A DNA stretch of 64,000 nt from a phage. The stretch lies in sequence record PZ000613.1; one strand, written 5' to 3'. The position numbers and the translations under genes were made by a program. The notes beneath the pieces were generated by a model. That model saw only the letters and a list, made by a program, of their open reading frames with translations. It was not told where the DNA came from and made no database searches. This document shows, piece after piece, positions 26,307 through 36,402 of this stretch (positions within the stretch are counted from its first letter, which is position 1; the number at the start of each line of letters is the position of its first letter).

Positions 26307-28097
26307 ATGTCAAAGATCATTTTGGGAGACACAGGTTGTAAGGAATGTATCTCTCATGGTCGTGATAAAACCCACAACCACATGATTCTCTTCCGTAACG
26401 AAGAGACAGGTGAGGAGTGGGGAAGTTGTAACCGTTGTGGGAATTACGAAGTGTTCGAAAAGGGCACTACACCTACTCCAAACGAGAGAAAAGAGTTATC
26501 CCCTGAAGAGTTAAGAGAAGTCTTAGATGATTGCTTAGAGCTTCCTCAGGGAGAGCTTACTCGACGTTTAATCCCCAAAGCTGTATCAGAGCGTTTTGAG
26601 TGTCGCATCGGTCTAAGCCAGACTGATGGGCAGACTCCAGACAGCTACTTCTTTCCTCGTGAACGTGATGGAAACATTGTTGGTTACGAGGTTAAGCTGC
26701 TAGATAGTAAGAAGTTTTATTATGTCGGCAGTGTGAAAGAAGCAGATTTATTTGGTATGGCACAAGCTCAACGTGGAGACGTGTACAACAAGAAGCTATT
26801 CATTTTTGAAGACCCGCTATCTTGTATGTCTGGTTTCCATGTCCTTACAGCTTTTACAAATGCAACAAACATTAAACCAGCATGTGTTTCTTTACCGTTC
26901 GGTGCAGGTTCAATCTCTTCTGTGTTGTCTCGTAACCGAGACTTCGTAAATGGTTTTGAGGAGGTTGTGCTCTGCATGGACAACGATGATGCAGGTGAGA
27001 TAGCTTTAACAAAAGGTCGTTCTTTATTCCCTCATGTCAAGTTTGCTCGTATCCCTAAAGGAACCTTCCCATACAACGGTGTGGAGAAAGAGATTAAGGA
27101 TGCGAATGATATGCTTCTGTCTGGTCGTGGTCAAGAGTTATTCAACATTCTCAAGTACTCAGCAAAGCGGGAATCTCCTGCTGGGGCTGTAACAATCTTT
27201 GATTGCCTTGATGATGCTCTGAAGAAAGCGGAGTGGGGTATCCCATATCCGTGGAAGACTCTGAATGAGATGACCTTCGGTATTCGATGGGGGGAAGTGG
27301 TAGCAATTGGTGGTGGTGTTGGTAGTGGTAAAACACTTATCGCTCACGAGCTGGTTGCTCATCTGTGCTTAGAGCATGGTTTTAATGGAGGTGGCTTCTT
27401 CTTGGAAGAGAAGGTAGGCATGTCTGTTAAGAACATTGCCGGTAAGTCAGCATCAATTCCTTTCCACCGACCTGATGTTGAATATGATGAAGAGGATTTG
27501 CGTAATGAAGCACTTCGTTATGCAGACAAATTCTTCTTGTATGACAACTTCGGACAGAACGAGTGGGAAGATATTAAACAGTGTATCCGTTTCTGGGTAG
27601 TTGAAAACCAGTGTAAGTTCATCATCCTTGATAACATTACCGCTCTGGTATCTCATTTAACACCTTCAGAGATTAACACTGAAATCAGTAAGATTGCTTC
27701 CGAGCTTGCTGGTATGTGTAAAGAATTAGACTTTACCGCTTTCGTGCTATCTCACCTTAATGCTCCGGCAGGTGGTGCTCCTCATGAAGAAGGTGGACAG
27801 GTACGTGAAGTACAGTTCACTGGCTCTCGTTCTCTTATGCGTTGGTGTCAGTGTATCATTGGCTTTGAGCGTGACAAGCAAGCTGACGGCTTAGCTAAGA
27901 ACCTCTCAGTCATTCGATTGCTGAAAGAGCGTAACTATGGTCAGACTGGTGTCTGTTATACTAAGTATATCAGCGAAACCGGTAGGCTTGTAGAAAGGGA
28001 AGACTTTGAAGTTGATGAAGATAATCCATTCGTTTTAACTAACGGAGAGGACGCAGCTTCTCTTCTCAACCAAGCAGATGGAGCTTCACCGTGGTAA
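26307..28097 (+). CDS. DNA primase/helicase (T7 gp4-like)
   Basis: N-terminal Zn-binding CKEC...CNRC; [14 protein letters not shown]; Walker [10 protein letters not shown]; Walker [10 protein letters not shown]; SD AAGGAGG. Confidence 0.9.
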   Translation: MSKIILGDTGCKECISHGRDKTHNHMILFRNEETGEEWGSCNRCGNYEVFEKGTTPTPNERKELSPEELREVLDDCLELPQGELTRRLIPKAVSERFECRIGLSQTDGQTPDSYFFPRERDGNIVGYEVKLLDSKKFYYVGSVKEADLFGMAQAQRGDVYNKKLFIFEDPLSCMSGFHVLTAFTNATNIKPACVSLPFGAGSISSVLSRNRDFVNGFEEVVLCMDNDDAGEIALTKGRSLFPHVKFARIPKGTFPYNGVEKEIKDANDMLLSGRGQELFNILKYSAKRESPAGAVTIFDCLDDALKKAEWGIPYPWKTLNEMTFGIRWGEVVAIGGGVGSGKTLIAHELVAHLCLEHGFNGGGFFLEEKVGMSVKNIAGKSASIPFHRPDVEYDEEDLRNEALRYADKFFLYDNFGQNEWEDIKQCIRFWVVENQCKFIILDNITALVSHLTPSEINTEISKIASELAGMCKELDFTAFVLSHLNAPAGGAPHEEGGQVREVQFTGSRSLMRWCQCIIGFERDKQADGLAKNLSVIRLLKERNYGQTGVCYTKYISETGRLVEREDFEVDEDNPFVLTNGEDAASLLNQADGASPW

Positions 28098-28645
28098 AGA
28101 AAAAGAAAGTATTTGCATTCGATATCGAGAGTAATGCACTATACGATGACATAACTAAAGTATGGTGTATTTATATTTTCGATGTTGAAACTGGTGAAAG
28201 GTGGGGCTATCGGCCTCACCAAATTGAAGACGGGATTCGTAAACTGACAGAAGCGGATGTGCTCGTTGGTCATAACATTATTGACTTCGACTTACCTGCT
28301 CTGAAGAAAATGTATCCCTCTTTGATTAAATACAATTTTAACGTCTTTGACACTTTATGTCTTAGTCGATATCTTAAACCTGACCGTATTGGTGACAGTC
28401 CTGAGTATCCGAAAGGCGACCCTAGACGTGGCCCAAGAGGTCATGGCTTAAAGCAATGGGGTGAGTTCTTAGAGGAACTTAAAGGTGACTACGGTGAGCA
28501 AGAGGAAGCATGGGATGCTTTCACTGAAGATATGTTCACTTATTGTGAACAGGACGTTAACTTAACTGTTAAGGTTTATCTTTTCTTGTGTGAACTCACG
28601 GGATTTGACCCTTACGACCCACCTTCATTATATTGGAAAATGTAA
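28091..28645 (+). CDS. DnaQ-like 3'-5' exonuclease, stand-alone (split from polymerase)
   Basis: Exo I FAFDIESN, Exo [12 protein letters not shown], Exo III YCEQDVN. Confidence 0.8.
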   Translation: MVKKKKVFAFDIESNALYDDITKVWCIYIFDVETGERWGYRPHQIEDGIRKLTEADVLVGHNIIDFDLPALKKMYPSLIKYNFNVFDTLCLSRYLKPDRIGDSPEYPKGDPRRGPRGHGLKQWGEFLEELKGDYGEQEEAWDAFTEDMFTYCEQDVNLTVKVYLFLCELTGFDPYDPPSLYWKM

Positions 28646-28646
28646 A

Positions 28647-29987
28647 ATGATTGTTATCCCGATTAACCAAATTGAAGATAAGGTTGCTCAACAACCTGAT
28701 ATCACTGTTGGTCGTCACTTCATTGAACAGTTGATTAACAACAACTTGATTCCAGACGGTATCTGTCCCATCATTACTGGTGGGGCTATTCGTGATGCTG
28801 TCCTTAACAACACAGCTCCACATGACATTGATATCTTTATTGTCAGAGGACAAACACCAAGAACTCAAAATACTTTCGTACCAACTGAGCAGTGGCAAAT
28901 GCTTGGGAGAGAGATTGAAAGTAATGTGAAGGAATGGCTAGAGTCACAAGATATCGAATATGCATCCCTTCTTGCTGAAGCTACAAACGAATCCTATGCT
29001 GGGAGTTCTCAATTAACATTCACTGATATTATTGAGTTTCAGTGGGATGGGGCTCGTATCCAATTCATGTTTAATTATCCTACTTCTATTGAAGAGGTAT
29101 TGGATAATTTTCCTATGATGTGTCGTGGTGCGATGACTCTTGACAACTTATTCATGACTTCTCACGGATATTTGGCTATGACCGCCCCTTGTCCAGTGGT
29201 TGTTTCTAGTCGTGAAATCAGATATGTTCACAAGAAGTGGCCTAACTCTCAAGTGTTGAGATTTTCCTCTCCAGCAGCTGCACATCAATACATGGCCCAA
29301 ACTCGATATCTTCCCACACCTCAACCAGTTAATCATCTGGTCAACGAACGAGGTCAGGTTGCTCTTATTGAGGATACAACAAGTGCTCAGTATTGTGTTA
29401 ATCGTGACATGAGTCGATTCTTTGGAATCCCTTATGAAGAGATTCAGTTAATGTCAAGCACACATGGCTCTAGCCAGATTCATGCGTATTGGTCTGAAGG
29501 GTTGACAAATTTAACGACTAACACGGGTGGTGATCTGCTTGGTCGAGAAGACGAACCTAACCGACACAATGCAATTGAAGGGGTGTTTGTAGCCCCTACA
29601 ATGCGTCGAGCACAAGAGTCACGAAGAGAAAGCCCTACTCGTAGAACATCTTTTGAAGAAGCTCTTGGTATCACAAGTGATTCTATGGAGAGATGGATGT
29701 CTAGTCCTTCTCGTGGTCGTCCAAATGGCTTCAACGTTAGTCGTCACCAGTTCTCTGGTCAGGGTTTTGCTGTTGGTGATATCAACACCCCTTCTCGTGT
29801 TATCTGGACTGATGAAGCTTCTGCTCAAGATGCGGTAGGTAGTCTTGATGTTCTTTCTCATGAGGAACTTGCTGAGACCGTCAGTCGCAATCTTGCTGAT
29901 CGATTTGTTGCCAATAGCCCTGAAGTGTTAGAGCCTCAGGTTGGTGGGGAATTAGACCAGTTGTTAAATTCACAAAACATTCGTTAA
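28647..29987 (+). CDS. Pol-beta-superfamily nucleotidyltransferase with CCA-adding/poly(A) polymerase-like head domain
   Basis: ITGGAIRDAVL...HDIDIF matches class-II tRNA nucleotidyltransferase head motif GGAVRD...D.D; C-terminal about 250 aa unrecognised. Confidence 0.6.
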   Translation: MIVIPINQIEDKVAQQPDITVGRHFIEQLINNNLIPDGICPIITGGAIRDAVLNNTAPHDIDIFIVRGQTPRTQNTFVPTEQWQMLGREIESNVKEWLESQDIEYASLLAEATNESYAGSSQLTFTDIIEFQWDGARIQFMFNYPTSIEEVLDNFPMMCRGAMTLDNLFMTSHGYLAMTAPCPVVVSSREIRYVHKKWPNSQVLRFSSPAAAHQYMAQTRYLPTPQPVNHLVNERGQVALIEDTTSAQYCVNRDMSRFFGIPYEEIQLMSSTHGSSQIHAYWSEGLTNLTTNTGGDLLGREDEPNRHNAIEGVFVAPTMRRAQESRRESPTRRTSFEEALGITSDSMERWMSSPSRGRPNGFNVSRHQFSGQGFAVGDINTPSRVIWTDEASAQDAVGSLDVLSHEELAETVSRNLADRFVANSPEVLEPQVGGELDQLLNSQNIR

Positions 29988-29999
29988 TAAGGAAAAAGA

Positions 30000-30533
30000 A
30001 TGGGTTTACTAGGAAGTATTGAACTGCACGATGTAATTGATAATGGCTATCTGGATGCGGAGCATAAGTATGTTAACGCTGCTAGTGTGGATATCCGTAT
30101 TGGTGATACTATCCTTGTTGAAGAACAGGCTGATGGTATCGTTGATATTGATGCGAAAGAGAATCTTCAGTGGAAGGAAGTAAAGATCCCTGAAGAGGGT
30201 TTGGTTATCACTCCGGGTCAGTTCTTCTTGGCTCACTCTATGGAGGAGTTTAACCTTCCAGATAACATCTCAAGTCTGTTTGTTCTGCGTTCGTCTATGG
30301 CTCGTTGTGGTTTGAACCACCTTCACGCCGGTTGGGCAGATGCAGGATTTAATAGCAGTAAGCTGACATTTGAATTCCATAACGTAACCAAGCACCACAG
30401 CTTACGAGTTCGTGCTGGTATGCGTGTTGGTCAGATGGTCATGTTTGAGCACTCTCATGCAGGGGAACACTCCTATGCAGTGAAAGGTCGTTATAATAAC
30501 TCTGAAGGTGTAGTTGCATCTAAGGGTGTGTAA
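30000..30533 (+). CDS. dcd: dCTP deaminase (dUTPase superfamily)
   Basis: Collinear motifs VDIRIG, ITPGQFFLAHSME, LRSSMARCGL, HAGWADAGF versus E. coli Dcd. Confidence 0.8.
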   Translation: MGLLGSIELHDVIDNGYLDAEHKYVNAASVDIRIGDTILVEEQADGIVDIDAKENLQWKEVKIPEEGLVITPGQFFLAHSMEEFNLPDNISSLFVLRSSMARCGLNHLHAGWADAGFNSSKLTFEFHNVTKHHSLRVRAGMRVGQMVMFEHSHAGEHSYAVKGRYNNSEGVVASKGV

Positions 30534-30740
30534 ATGAATAAAGAAGAGTTTCAAGAACTTAGATATTTAACTACCGATGCTCAGTTAAAAGCAATGGTAT
30601 TTGGTCGGGCGTGTCATCGATTTGATACTTGTGATGAAGGTGATAAAGAAGTCTGTAAGCGTTATATGGATAAGAAGCACCTTGAATGGGGTAAAGCTTC
30701 TAATGATCTTTATGACTACATGAAGGGTTTAGTAAAATGA
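30534..30740 (+). CDS. Hypothetical protein (68 aa)
   Basis: ATG 1 nt after upstream stop. Confidence 0.5.
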   Translation: MNKEEFQELRYLTTDAQLKAMVFGRACHRFDTCDEGDKEVCKRYMDKKHLEWGKASNDLYDYMKGLVK

Positions 30741-30934
30741 AAAAGTGGATTGTTCGTGTACATGACAACAAGACAGGTGACATAAACTCTGTAGATTTTG
30801 TTAATACTCGAGAGCACGCTCGTCGAATTAAGAAAACTTTTAAGGGGATAGGTCTGTCAGGTAAGATTACAATAGGAAAAGCTATTGTGAATAGCGAAGG
30901 TGCTTTTATGGCAAATAGTAAGGTTTATTACTAA
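30737..30934 (+). CDS. Tandem paralog family B member 1
   Basis: Shares W.VRV...TR..AR..KK...KV.YY pattern with the next two genes; ATGA coupling. Confidence 0.55.
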   Translation: MKKWIVRVHDNKTGDINSVDFVNTREHARRIKKTFKGIGLSGKITIGKAIVNSEGAFMANSKVYY

Positions 30935-31143
30935 TGAGACCAATCACCATGAGACAGTTCTGGTTAGCAAAGATTAAGTGGGCATCAGGTGGTATGACTA
31001 TGACTGCACTACCCACCCGTCAACAAGCTCGAGAGTTTAAAAAGTCTATGTTCAATGTGGACTTAACTAAGAGTATTAGCATACATAAGGCCAGAGAGTA
31101 TTCCTCTGGTCGTGTTTATATCAGCGGAAAGGTACATTACTAA
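30934..31143 (+). CDS. Tandem paralog family B member 2
   Basis: Same motif pattern, taATG coupling. Confidence 0.55.
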   Translation: MRPITMRQFWLAKIKWASGGMTMTALPTRQQAREFKKSMFNVDLTKSISIHKAREYSSGRVYISGKVHY

Positions 31144-31352
31144 TGAAAAAGATGTGGGCTGTTCGTGTTGTTTGGGAAGATGGACACCATCTAGGTAAAG
31201 ATAATATCAAATTATTTGACACCCGTAAAGATGCTCGTATTGCTAAGAAGAAGATGAAAACTTTAATTGGAACAGTTAAAAGTGCTGACATTCATCGCTG
31301 GTACGAAGACCCTAGCTCGGGTTCTTTTATGTCTAAAGTAATTTACTACTGA
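31143..31352 (+). CDS. Tandem paralog family B member 3
   Basis: Same motif pattern, taATG coupling. Confidence 0.55.
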   Translation: MKKMWAVRVVWEDGHHLGKDNIKLFDTRKDARIAKKKMKTLIGTVKSADIHRWYEDPSSGSFMSKVIYY

Positions 31353-31376
31353 TTGGTAGTAGATATGGTAACTCTC

Positions 31377-31385
31377 AAATGTATA
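31377..31385 (+). promoter_or_regulatory. AAATGTATA, one-mismatch copy of the TAATGTATA candidate phage-sigma promoter element
   Basis: About 40 nt upstream of ATG 31425. Confidence 0.35.
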
Positions 31386-31424
31386 TAGAGTACAATAAGA
31401 ATTTGTATTTTACAGGAGAGAGTT

Positions 31425-31754
31425 ATGTTAGATTTGAGTAAAGTGGCCCCGCCCACTGAAGAGATTACAAAATCCAAGGTGATGCAACAGTTTTATCATC
31501 GTGATATGCTTGGTCGCTTTATCAAGAATCGTGATGTTGTTGCTTGGTCTATCGGTAATCAGGGATATCTGTTGAAGGTTCTTCAGGTTACAGGTTCAAC
31601 TGCTAAGCGTGTTAAGGTGTATGACCCTGAAATGGGGCGTTCTAAGTCAGTAGACCCACAGAACTGCATCGTAATTACCCAGCAGGTAATGGATAATATT
31701 GCACGTAACGTTGCTAACTCAGTTGAACTTGATGGAGAAAACCCAAATGCATAA
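31425..31754 (+). CDS. Hypothetical protein (109 aa)
   Basis: SD GGAGAGAG upstream of ATG. Confidence 0.55.
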   Translation: MLDLSKVAPPTEEITKSKVMQQFYHRDMLGRFIKNRDVVAWSIGNQGYLLKVLQVTGSTAKRVKVYDPEMGRSKSVDPQNCIVITQQVMDNIARNVANSVELDGENPNA

Positions 31755-32310
31755 GAATGTTTTTGATTTACCTGAGATTGGTCGTGACAGCTATAGCATG
31801 TTAGACCGGTCCGACCTATCAATCTCTCGCCTTGAAACAATGCAAGGCATGATTAGTGGAAACAGCCTAGAACACATCCTGAGCTGCTTACAAGCTAACA
31901 TGGAACTCTTGCATATCAAAGCTAAAAACTACCACTGGAACGTCTCTGGTGCAGGATTTCAGGGTGTTCATGGTATGTTTGATGAGCTGGAAGATTACGC
32001 ACGACAAGTAGGAGATCGTATTGCTGAACGTATGCGTTACCACTGTGTTAAAGTGGATGCTACAGCAGCTAACTATCTTTCTCATGCTTGGTTCTCAGAG
32101 GGTAATGCTGATCTAGACATGGACGGTATGCTCTCTGATATGTGCATGACCTTGATGTGTATTATTGAGAAGATGGATGAGTTTGATGGCGATTTAGCCA
32201 CTTACCCTGTCGATCAGAGCATGCTTCAAGAAATTAATGAAGGTCTTGGCAAGTATTGCTACTTCGTCAAGAGCAACATGTCCCATTCAAGTGGTGATGT
32301 GTCTTACTAA
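31747..32310 (+). CDS. Dps-like ferritin-fold protein
   Basis: KNYHWNVSGAGFQGVHGMFDELEDY...DRIAERM matches Dps di-iron site helix pattern. Confidence 0.7.
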   Translation: MHKNVFDLPEIGRDSYSMLDRSDLSISRLETMQGMISGNSLEHILSCLQANMELLHIKAKNYHWNVSGAGFQGVHGMFDELEDYARQVGDRIAERMRYHCVKVDATAANYLSHAWFSEGNADLDMDGMLSDMCMTLMCIIEKMDEFDGDLATYPVDQSMLQEINEGLGKYCYFVKSNMSHSSGDVSY

Positions 32311-32370
32311 AACCTCCGCCCTGTCTCCTAACCCGAGGTGGGGCGAACTTATTTATAAGGATATAGATAT

Positions 32371-32550
32371 ATGTTATCAGCAATCGTATGGGGTATTTGG
32401 GCTATCTTTATCGGTGGTGGTATTTATTGGGCTTCTGGTAAGCTTATTGAAGAAACCCCTGATAAGAAAGGTGAGATTCAAACAGCATCAACTATCATGG
32501 TTATCGTAGCTGTTGTTATCCCATTCCTGCTTCACATCCTGATTGCATAA
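32371..32550 (+). CDS. Small two-TM membrane protein (59 aa)
   Basis: ATG with AAGGA SD; track ORF 32237-32509 in another frame judged less likely. Confidence 0.4.
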   Translation: MLSAIVWGIWAIFIGGGIYWASGKLIEETPDKKGEIQTASTIMVIVAVVIPFLLHILIA

Positions 32551-32559
32551 GGTTCTTAA

Positions 32560-32730
32560 ATGAAGGACGAATACAAAGCTCACACGGTGATTGTTTGTCA
32601 ATGTGTGATGGCATTGGGGGCTACTAAAAAGATAGCTGAGGATTTAGCCAAAGCTCAAGGGTATAAAGATTACATCGTAATCCCTACCACAGAACGCCAC
32701 CTTAAAGAATTTGTTAACGAGGATTGTTAA
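32560..32730 (+). CDS. Small hypothetical protein (56 aa)
   Basis: ATG ORF; stop overlaps thioredoxin start. Confidence 0.4.
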   Translation: MKDEYKAHTVIVCQCVMALGATKKIAEDLAKAQGYKDYIVIPTTERHLKEFVNEDC

Positions 32731-33002
32731 TGTCTAAAGTAATTAAGTTTTATAGTGATCAGTGTGCTCCATGTAAAGCAATGGCTCCTACCTTTGAGAA
32801 GGTTGTTAAGGAGTTTGATGTAGAAGTGGAAGAGATTAATATCCTTGAAGGTGATGGTCGTGAACAAGCTGTTAAGTATGGTGTACGAAGCATCCCTGCT
32901 TTCGTTGTGCCTGACCGTAACAGTGGCGCACACTACAGCCTCTCTGGTATGCAGACTGAAGCAAATCTGAAAGCATTTTTAGATACAGCACTCAGGGGGT
33001 AA
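32730..33002 (+). CDS. Thioredoxin-like protein
   Basis: Active-site CAPCK in FYSDQCAPCKAMAP; about 90 aa. Confidence 0.7.
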   Translation: MSKVIKFYSDQCAPCKAMAPTFEKVVKEFDVEVEEINILEGDGREQAVKYGVRSIPAFVVPDRNSGAHYSLSGMQTEANLKAFLDTALRG

Positions 33003-33008
33003 GTAAAC

Positions 33009-33236
33009 ATGAAGATTCTTAAGTCAGGCTCCACTTTGTTATGGGCAATTACTATATCAAACAAAAATCCTGAGTTAGATCAAAAACCGATTGTTTCTTT
33101 TTTCGAAACTAGACAGCGTGCACGAGATCGAGTAAAAGATCTGAGATCTGTAAGAGTCCATATGAACGTATCTATGCACAAATGCATCATCTCTAAAGTA
33201 GGGATTATCACTATTTTACATAAGAAAGAATATTAA
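33009..33236 (+). CDS. Hypothetical protein (75 aa)
   Basis: ATG ORF, co-oriented. Confidence 0.5.
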   Translation: MKILKSGSTLLWAITISNKNPELDQKPIVSFFETRQRARDRVKDLRSVRVHMNVSMHKCIISKVGIITILHKKEY

Positions 33237-33251
33237 TAAGGATATTCACGG

Positions 33252-33908
33252 ATGAATGAACAACTACAAGCAACATTAATCGAAGCTATGGGAAGTGATC
33301 GTAGCGTAGTCAACGCAGCTCGAGTTTCCTTTGGCGTAACCCGTGAAGGTGATTTAAATGAACGTGATGAACGTCTCATCAACTTCCTCGCAAGAGAGAA
33401 GCATGTTACCCCATTCCGACACCCGCAAGTCAGTTTCCGATGCAAAGCACCTATCGCAATTGCGAGACAGCTGGGCAAGCATCAGGTTGGATTCTCGTGG
33501 AACGAAATGTCCCGGCGGTATAAAGATGGAGCAGTTGAAGTCTTCATCCCTAAAGAGATTTTTGCGAGACCTTCGGACCTCCATGCAGGTTCAGGGGTTC
33601 AGCTCATCGACGGAGAGCGAGCTGAAGCATTAATGTTAATTAACGATGCATATGAAGCTTCTCTAGCAGCATATGACAAGTTGATTGAGTTTATTGCACC
33701 AGAGCAAGCCCGATTTGTACTCCCTCAGGGGATGATCACTGAGTGGGTGTGGACTGGTTCTTTGTATGGATGGTTTGAGTTGTGTCGTCAGCGACTCTCC
33801 TCTCACGCTCAATATGAAGTTCGAGTGTTTGCTCAATCTCTGGATGAAGAGATGGCTAAACTCTACCCAATCTCATGGGCAGCTCTGAAGAAAACTTTGG
33901 AGAGCTAA
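33252..33908 (+). CDS. thyX: FAD-dependent thymidylate synthase ThyX
   Basis: ThyX signature RHPQVSF...SRRY (RHRxxS...SxRY); SD AAGGA. Confidence 0.9.
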   Translation: MNEQLQATLIEAMGSDRSVVNAARVSFGVTREGDLNERDERLINFLAREKHVTPFRHPQVSFRCKAPIAIARQLGKHQVGFSWNEMSRRYKDGAVEVFIPKEIFARPSDLHAGSGVQLIDGERAEALMLINDAYEASLAAYDKLIEFIAPEQARFVLPQGMITEWVWTGSLYGWFELCRQRLSSHAQYEVRVFAQSLDEEMAKLYPISWAALKKTLES

Positions 33909-33909
33909 G

Positions 33910-34155
33910 ATGGTTAGGAAGGATATTTGGATTCTGAGGCGCGTTGAAGTCACGGACAGAGGTGAAGACATAGAAGTACTTTGCTCTTTCACTGACTACC
34001 CTACAAAACAACAGATTGAGGATGTTGGAGTAGAAGAGAGTGTTTCTCAATCTCTTTTTGATAAAAAAGTTTCCAAGTCAACAGCCCCATTCTTTGGTTA
34101 TTATTATACACTTGACAGCGTGGAATTACTGTCCAATGGTTCTTGTTTGGAGTGA
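33910..34155 (+). CDS. Hypothetical protein (81 aa)
   Basis: ATG 2 nt after thyX stop. Confidence 0.5.
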   Translation: MVRKDIWILRRVEVTDRGEDIEVLCSFTDYPTKQQIEDVGVEESVSQSLFDKKVSKSTAPFFGYYYTLDSVELLSNGSCLE

Positions 34156-34298
34156 TAATATTGGAAGAGGAAAATGATGATGATGTGTTCTGCACCAAGT
34201 GTGGGATGACAGTTGATGATGCATATGACCCAAGTGTAGAAATTTGCCCTTGTTGTGGAGTATGTGAATATTGCTGTTCCCACAACTCAGAGGATTAG
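34152..34298 (+). CDS. Small Cys-rich zinc-finger-like protein (48 aa, GTG start)
   Basis: CTKCG...CPCCGVCEYCCSH cysteine cluster; overlaps upstream stop. Confidence 0.3.
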   Translation: MIILEEENDDDVFCTKCGMTVDDAYDPSVEICPCCGVCEYCCSHNSED

Positions 34299-34310
34299 CA
34301 GGAATTTCTG

Positions 34311-34544
34311 ATGAAAATCAAACATATTACAGATATTCAGGAGGCATTTAGAATGCTTCCTCGAAGAGAGAAGGATAAGATTAAAAAGCTTATTCAAGTT
34401 TATGGTCATACATCTAAAAATGATGTAGACTATATGCCTTCTACTTTCGTAGAGTGTGGGATTGCTCGCGGTTTCACATTCGACCATAAAGTGTTTCAGC
34501 AATTTGTTGACCACTGGAGAAAAGATGGAAAAGAAAGTCTGTAG
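34311..34544 (+). CDS. Hypothetical protein (77 aa)
   Basis: SD AGCAGGAA upstream of ATG. Confidence 0.5.
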   Translation: MKIKHITDIQEAFRMLPRREKDKIKKLIQVYGHTSKNDVDYMPSTFVECGIARGFTFDHKVFQQFVDHWRKDGKESL

Positions 34545-34710
34545 CTTCTGTAAGAAAGAGAAGCCTGTCGCCAACTTTAAACCTAATCTTGTAACCGGTC
34601 TGACTCATGTCATGTGTCACTCTTGCAGGATATATCTTGAAACAAAGCACACTATCAATAGGTTGCATTATTATCACCCAACAACATTCAAATTTAAGGT
34701 TGTGAAATGA
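34525..34710 (+). CDS. Small Cys4 zinc-finger protein (61 aa)
   Basis: CSFCKK...CHSCR motif; internal ATG. Confidence 0.45.
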   Translation: MEKKVCSFCKKEKPVANFKPNLVTGLTHVMCHSCRIYLETKHTINRLHYYHPTTFKFKVVK

Positions 34711-34910
34711 AAACTTTGTGGACTCTTGACTGCCAAGATGATGACGGAGAGCGTTGGACTTGGAAATATTTCCTAGGGAAACCAACACCCGATAACCCTG
34801 CTTTGGATTGTGCTTCGTATGAAGATGCTAAGAAATTAGTAAATGGAGAAAAGGTTTGGTCTCCAGATAATGAAGTTCAATACTTTTTAACAGAACGGAA
34901 ATTTTCATAA
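34707..34910 (+). CDS. Hypothetical protein (67 aa)
   Basis: ATGA coupling. Confidence 0.5.
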   Translation: MKTLWTLDCQDDDGERWTWKYFLGKPTPDNPALDCASYEDAKKLVNGEKVWSPDNEVQYFLTERKFS

Positions 34911-35233
34911 TGATCGACGGTAATACATTTAGGACTTCAAATGGAAGTGAGATAAGTCCCGCTGAAGTAATCAATCGGCATAGAAGGCAATTGATCATCC
35001 ATTCCTATTTGTATTACTGGTTGGATGACCCTATCTGGTCTGATGATAAATGGCAACAAGTTGCTAACGATCTAGTGGAGCTGCAAGCTCTGTATCCAGA
35101 ACCTACCGGAGTCTTTGACAATGAATTCAGAGATTGGGATGGTTCTACAGGTATGCATCTCCCACATAACGAAGCTGTTGCTTGTATGGCGACAGCTGTT
35201 TACAGACTTCATAAAGAGGTTAACGTCGCATGA
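34910..35233 (+). CDS. Hypothetical protein (107 aa)
   Basis: taATG coupling. Confidence 0.55.
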   Translation: MIDGNTFRTSNGSEISPAEVINRHRRQLIIHSYLYYWLDDPIWSDDKWQQVANDLVELQALYPEPTGVFDNEFRDWDGSTGMHLPHNEAVACMATAVYRLHKEVNVA

Positions 35234-35430
35234 GCGTAGTTTATGTTCTAGAAAGATACGCTGAAGATCACAACAGTATTGTTGCCATATTTAAATATGC
35301 CCCGGATGTTGAGGACATTTTGAATGTGACTCACTTAACTGATGTTGATAAAATCAAAGACCTCATCAGGAATGACAATGCCCACATAGGTGACTCTCTG
35401 TGGTCTCTTACTGAATGGACATTGTGGTGA
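35230..35430 (+). CDS. Hypothetical protein (66 aa)
   Basis: ATGA coupling. Confidence 0.5.
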   Translation: MSVVYVLERYAEDHNSIVAIFKYAPDVEDILNVTHLTDVDKIKDLIRNDNAHIGDSLWSLTEWTLW

Positions 35431-35612
35431 AGTGCTCTAAATGTGAAGGAACCAACCTTCATTTAAGTAACAAGGTTATCAGAGAGCTTGCCAAAGGCTC
35501 TCCAACCAAAGGGAAGAACAAACGATTTACTAACGTCAGGGTTTATACAGCAATCTGTAAAGACTGCTTAACTACTGAGTGTCATTACGAAGAAATTGGA
35601 GAGCGTAAATGA
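35415..35612 (+). CDS. Small zinc-ribbon protein (GTG start)
   Basis: CSKCEG...CKDCLTTEC. Confidence 0.45.
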   Translation: MDIVVKCSKCEGTNLHLSNKVIRELAKGSPTKGKNKRFTNVRVYTAICKDCLTTECHYEEIGERK

Positions 35613-36346
35613 GTCGTCGTCAATCACGGAAAGAATCACGGAAAGACCTTCGTCGGGAAGCACTTGTTACTCGTAAAGGTAAGCGAGAGTATGAAGAGGT
35701 GGTTTTAGCAAAGCCTGTAGTCCCTCAGAACCAGTTTCAGTCTGAGCTACTCAATGCTATTAAGACTAAACAAGTTGTGTTCACAGACGCTCCTGCGGGC
35801 TGTGGTAAGACCTTTGTAATCACTTCCACAGTTATTGATGCACTGAAGAGCGGTAAGATTCAGAAGATCATCCTGAGTCGACCTTCAGTTGGCATGGGCA
35901 ATTCTCTTGGGTTACTTCCGGGAGGAATGCGTGAAAAGTTTGAACCGTACCTGATGCCTATTATTGATGTTATTACTCAGCGATACGGTAAGGGGTTCTA
36001 TGAATGCCAAATCGGAAATGGTAACATTGAATTCGTACCTCTGGAATACCTCCGTGGTCGTTCTTTCAATGATGCCATTGTTATCGTGGATGAGTTCCAG
36101 AACACCACTAAAGATGAAGCCTTCTCAATCATGACTCGATTGGGAGAAACCTCTCAGTTGTTCTGTATGGGTGATACAAACCAGCATGATATGCGTGGTC
36201 GTGAGAGTGGTCTTACTTGGGCTACGAACTTTATTGATGAACATGATTTGTATGAGTTCGCTGAGATTGTGGATGGTGAATCAGATGACATTGTTCGTTC
36301 TGGTTTCTGTAAAGCGATTGTTAAAGCGATGGAAAAGAAAGCTTAA
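35609..36346 (+). CDS. phoH: PhoH-like ATPase
   Basis: Walker A DAPAGCGKTF; Walker B IVIVDEFQN; PhoH-like GDTNQ block. Confidence 0.85.
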   Translation: MSRRQSRKESRKDLRREALVTRKGKREYEEVVLAKPVVPQNQFQSELLNAIKTKQVVFTDAPAGCGKTFVITSTVIDALKSGKIQKIILSRPSVGMGNSLGLLPGGMREKFEPYLMPIIDVITQRYGKGFYECQIGNGNIEFVPLEYLRGRSFNDAIVIVDEFQNTTKDEAFSIMTRLGETSQLFCMGDTNQHDMRGRESGLTWATNFIDEHDLYEFAEIVDGESDDIVRSGFCKAIVKAMEKKA

Positions 36347-36357
36347 ATAGTAACTTA

Positions 36358-36366
36358 TAATGTATA
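36358..36366 (+). promoter_or_regulatory. TAATGTATA, candidate phage-sigma-dependent promoter element
   Basis: Exact 9-mer 36 nt upstream of ATG 36403; recurs upstream of other genes on both strands. Confidence 0.4.
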
Positions 36367-36402
36367 CTCCTTAGTGTACACTGATATATTAAGGAGTTCT
36401 AA

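Noticed and set aside
32237-32509. Track ORF overlapping the Dps gene end
   Set aside because: No SD, and the downstream 59-aa two-TM ORF (32371-32550) has an AAGGA site; both are low confidence
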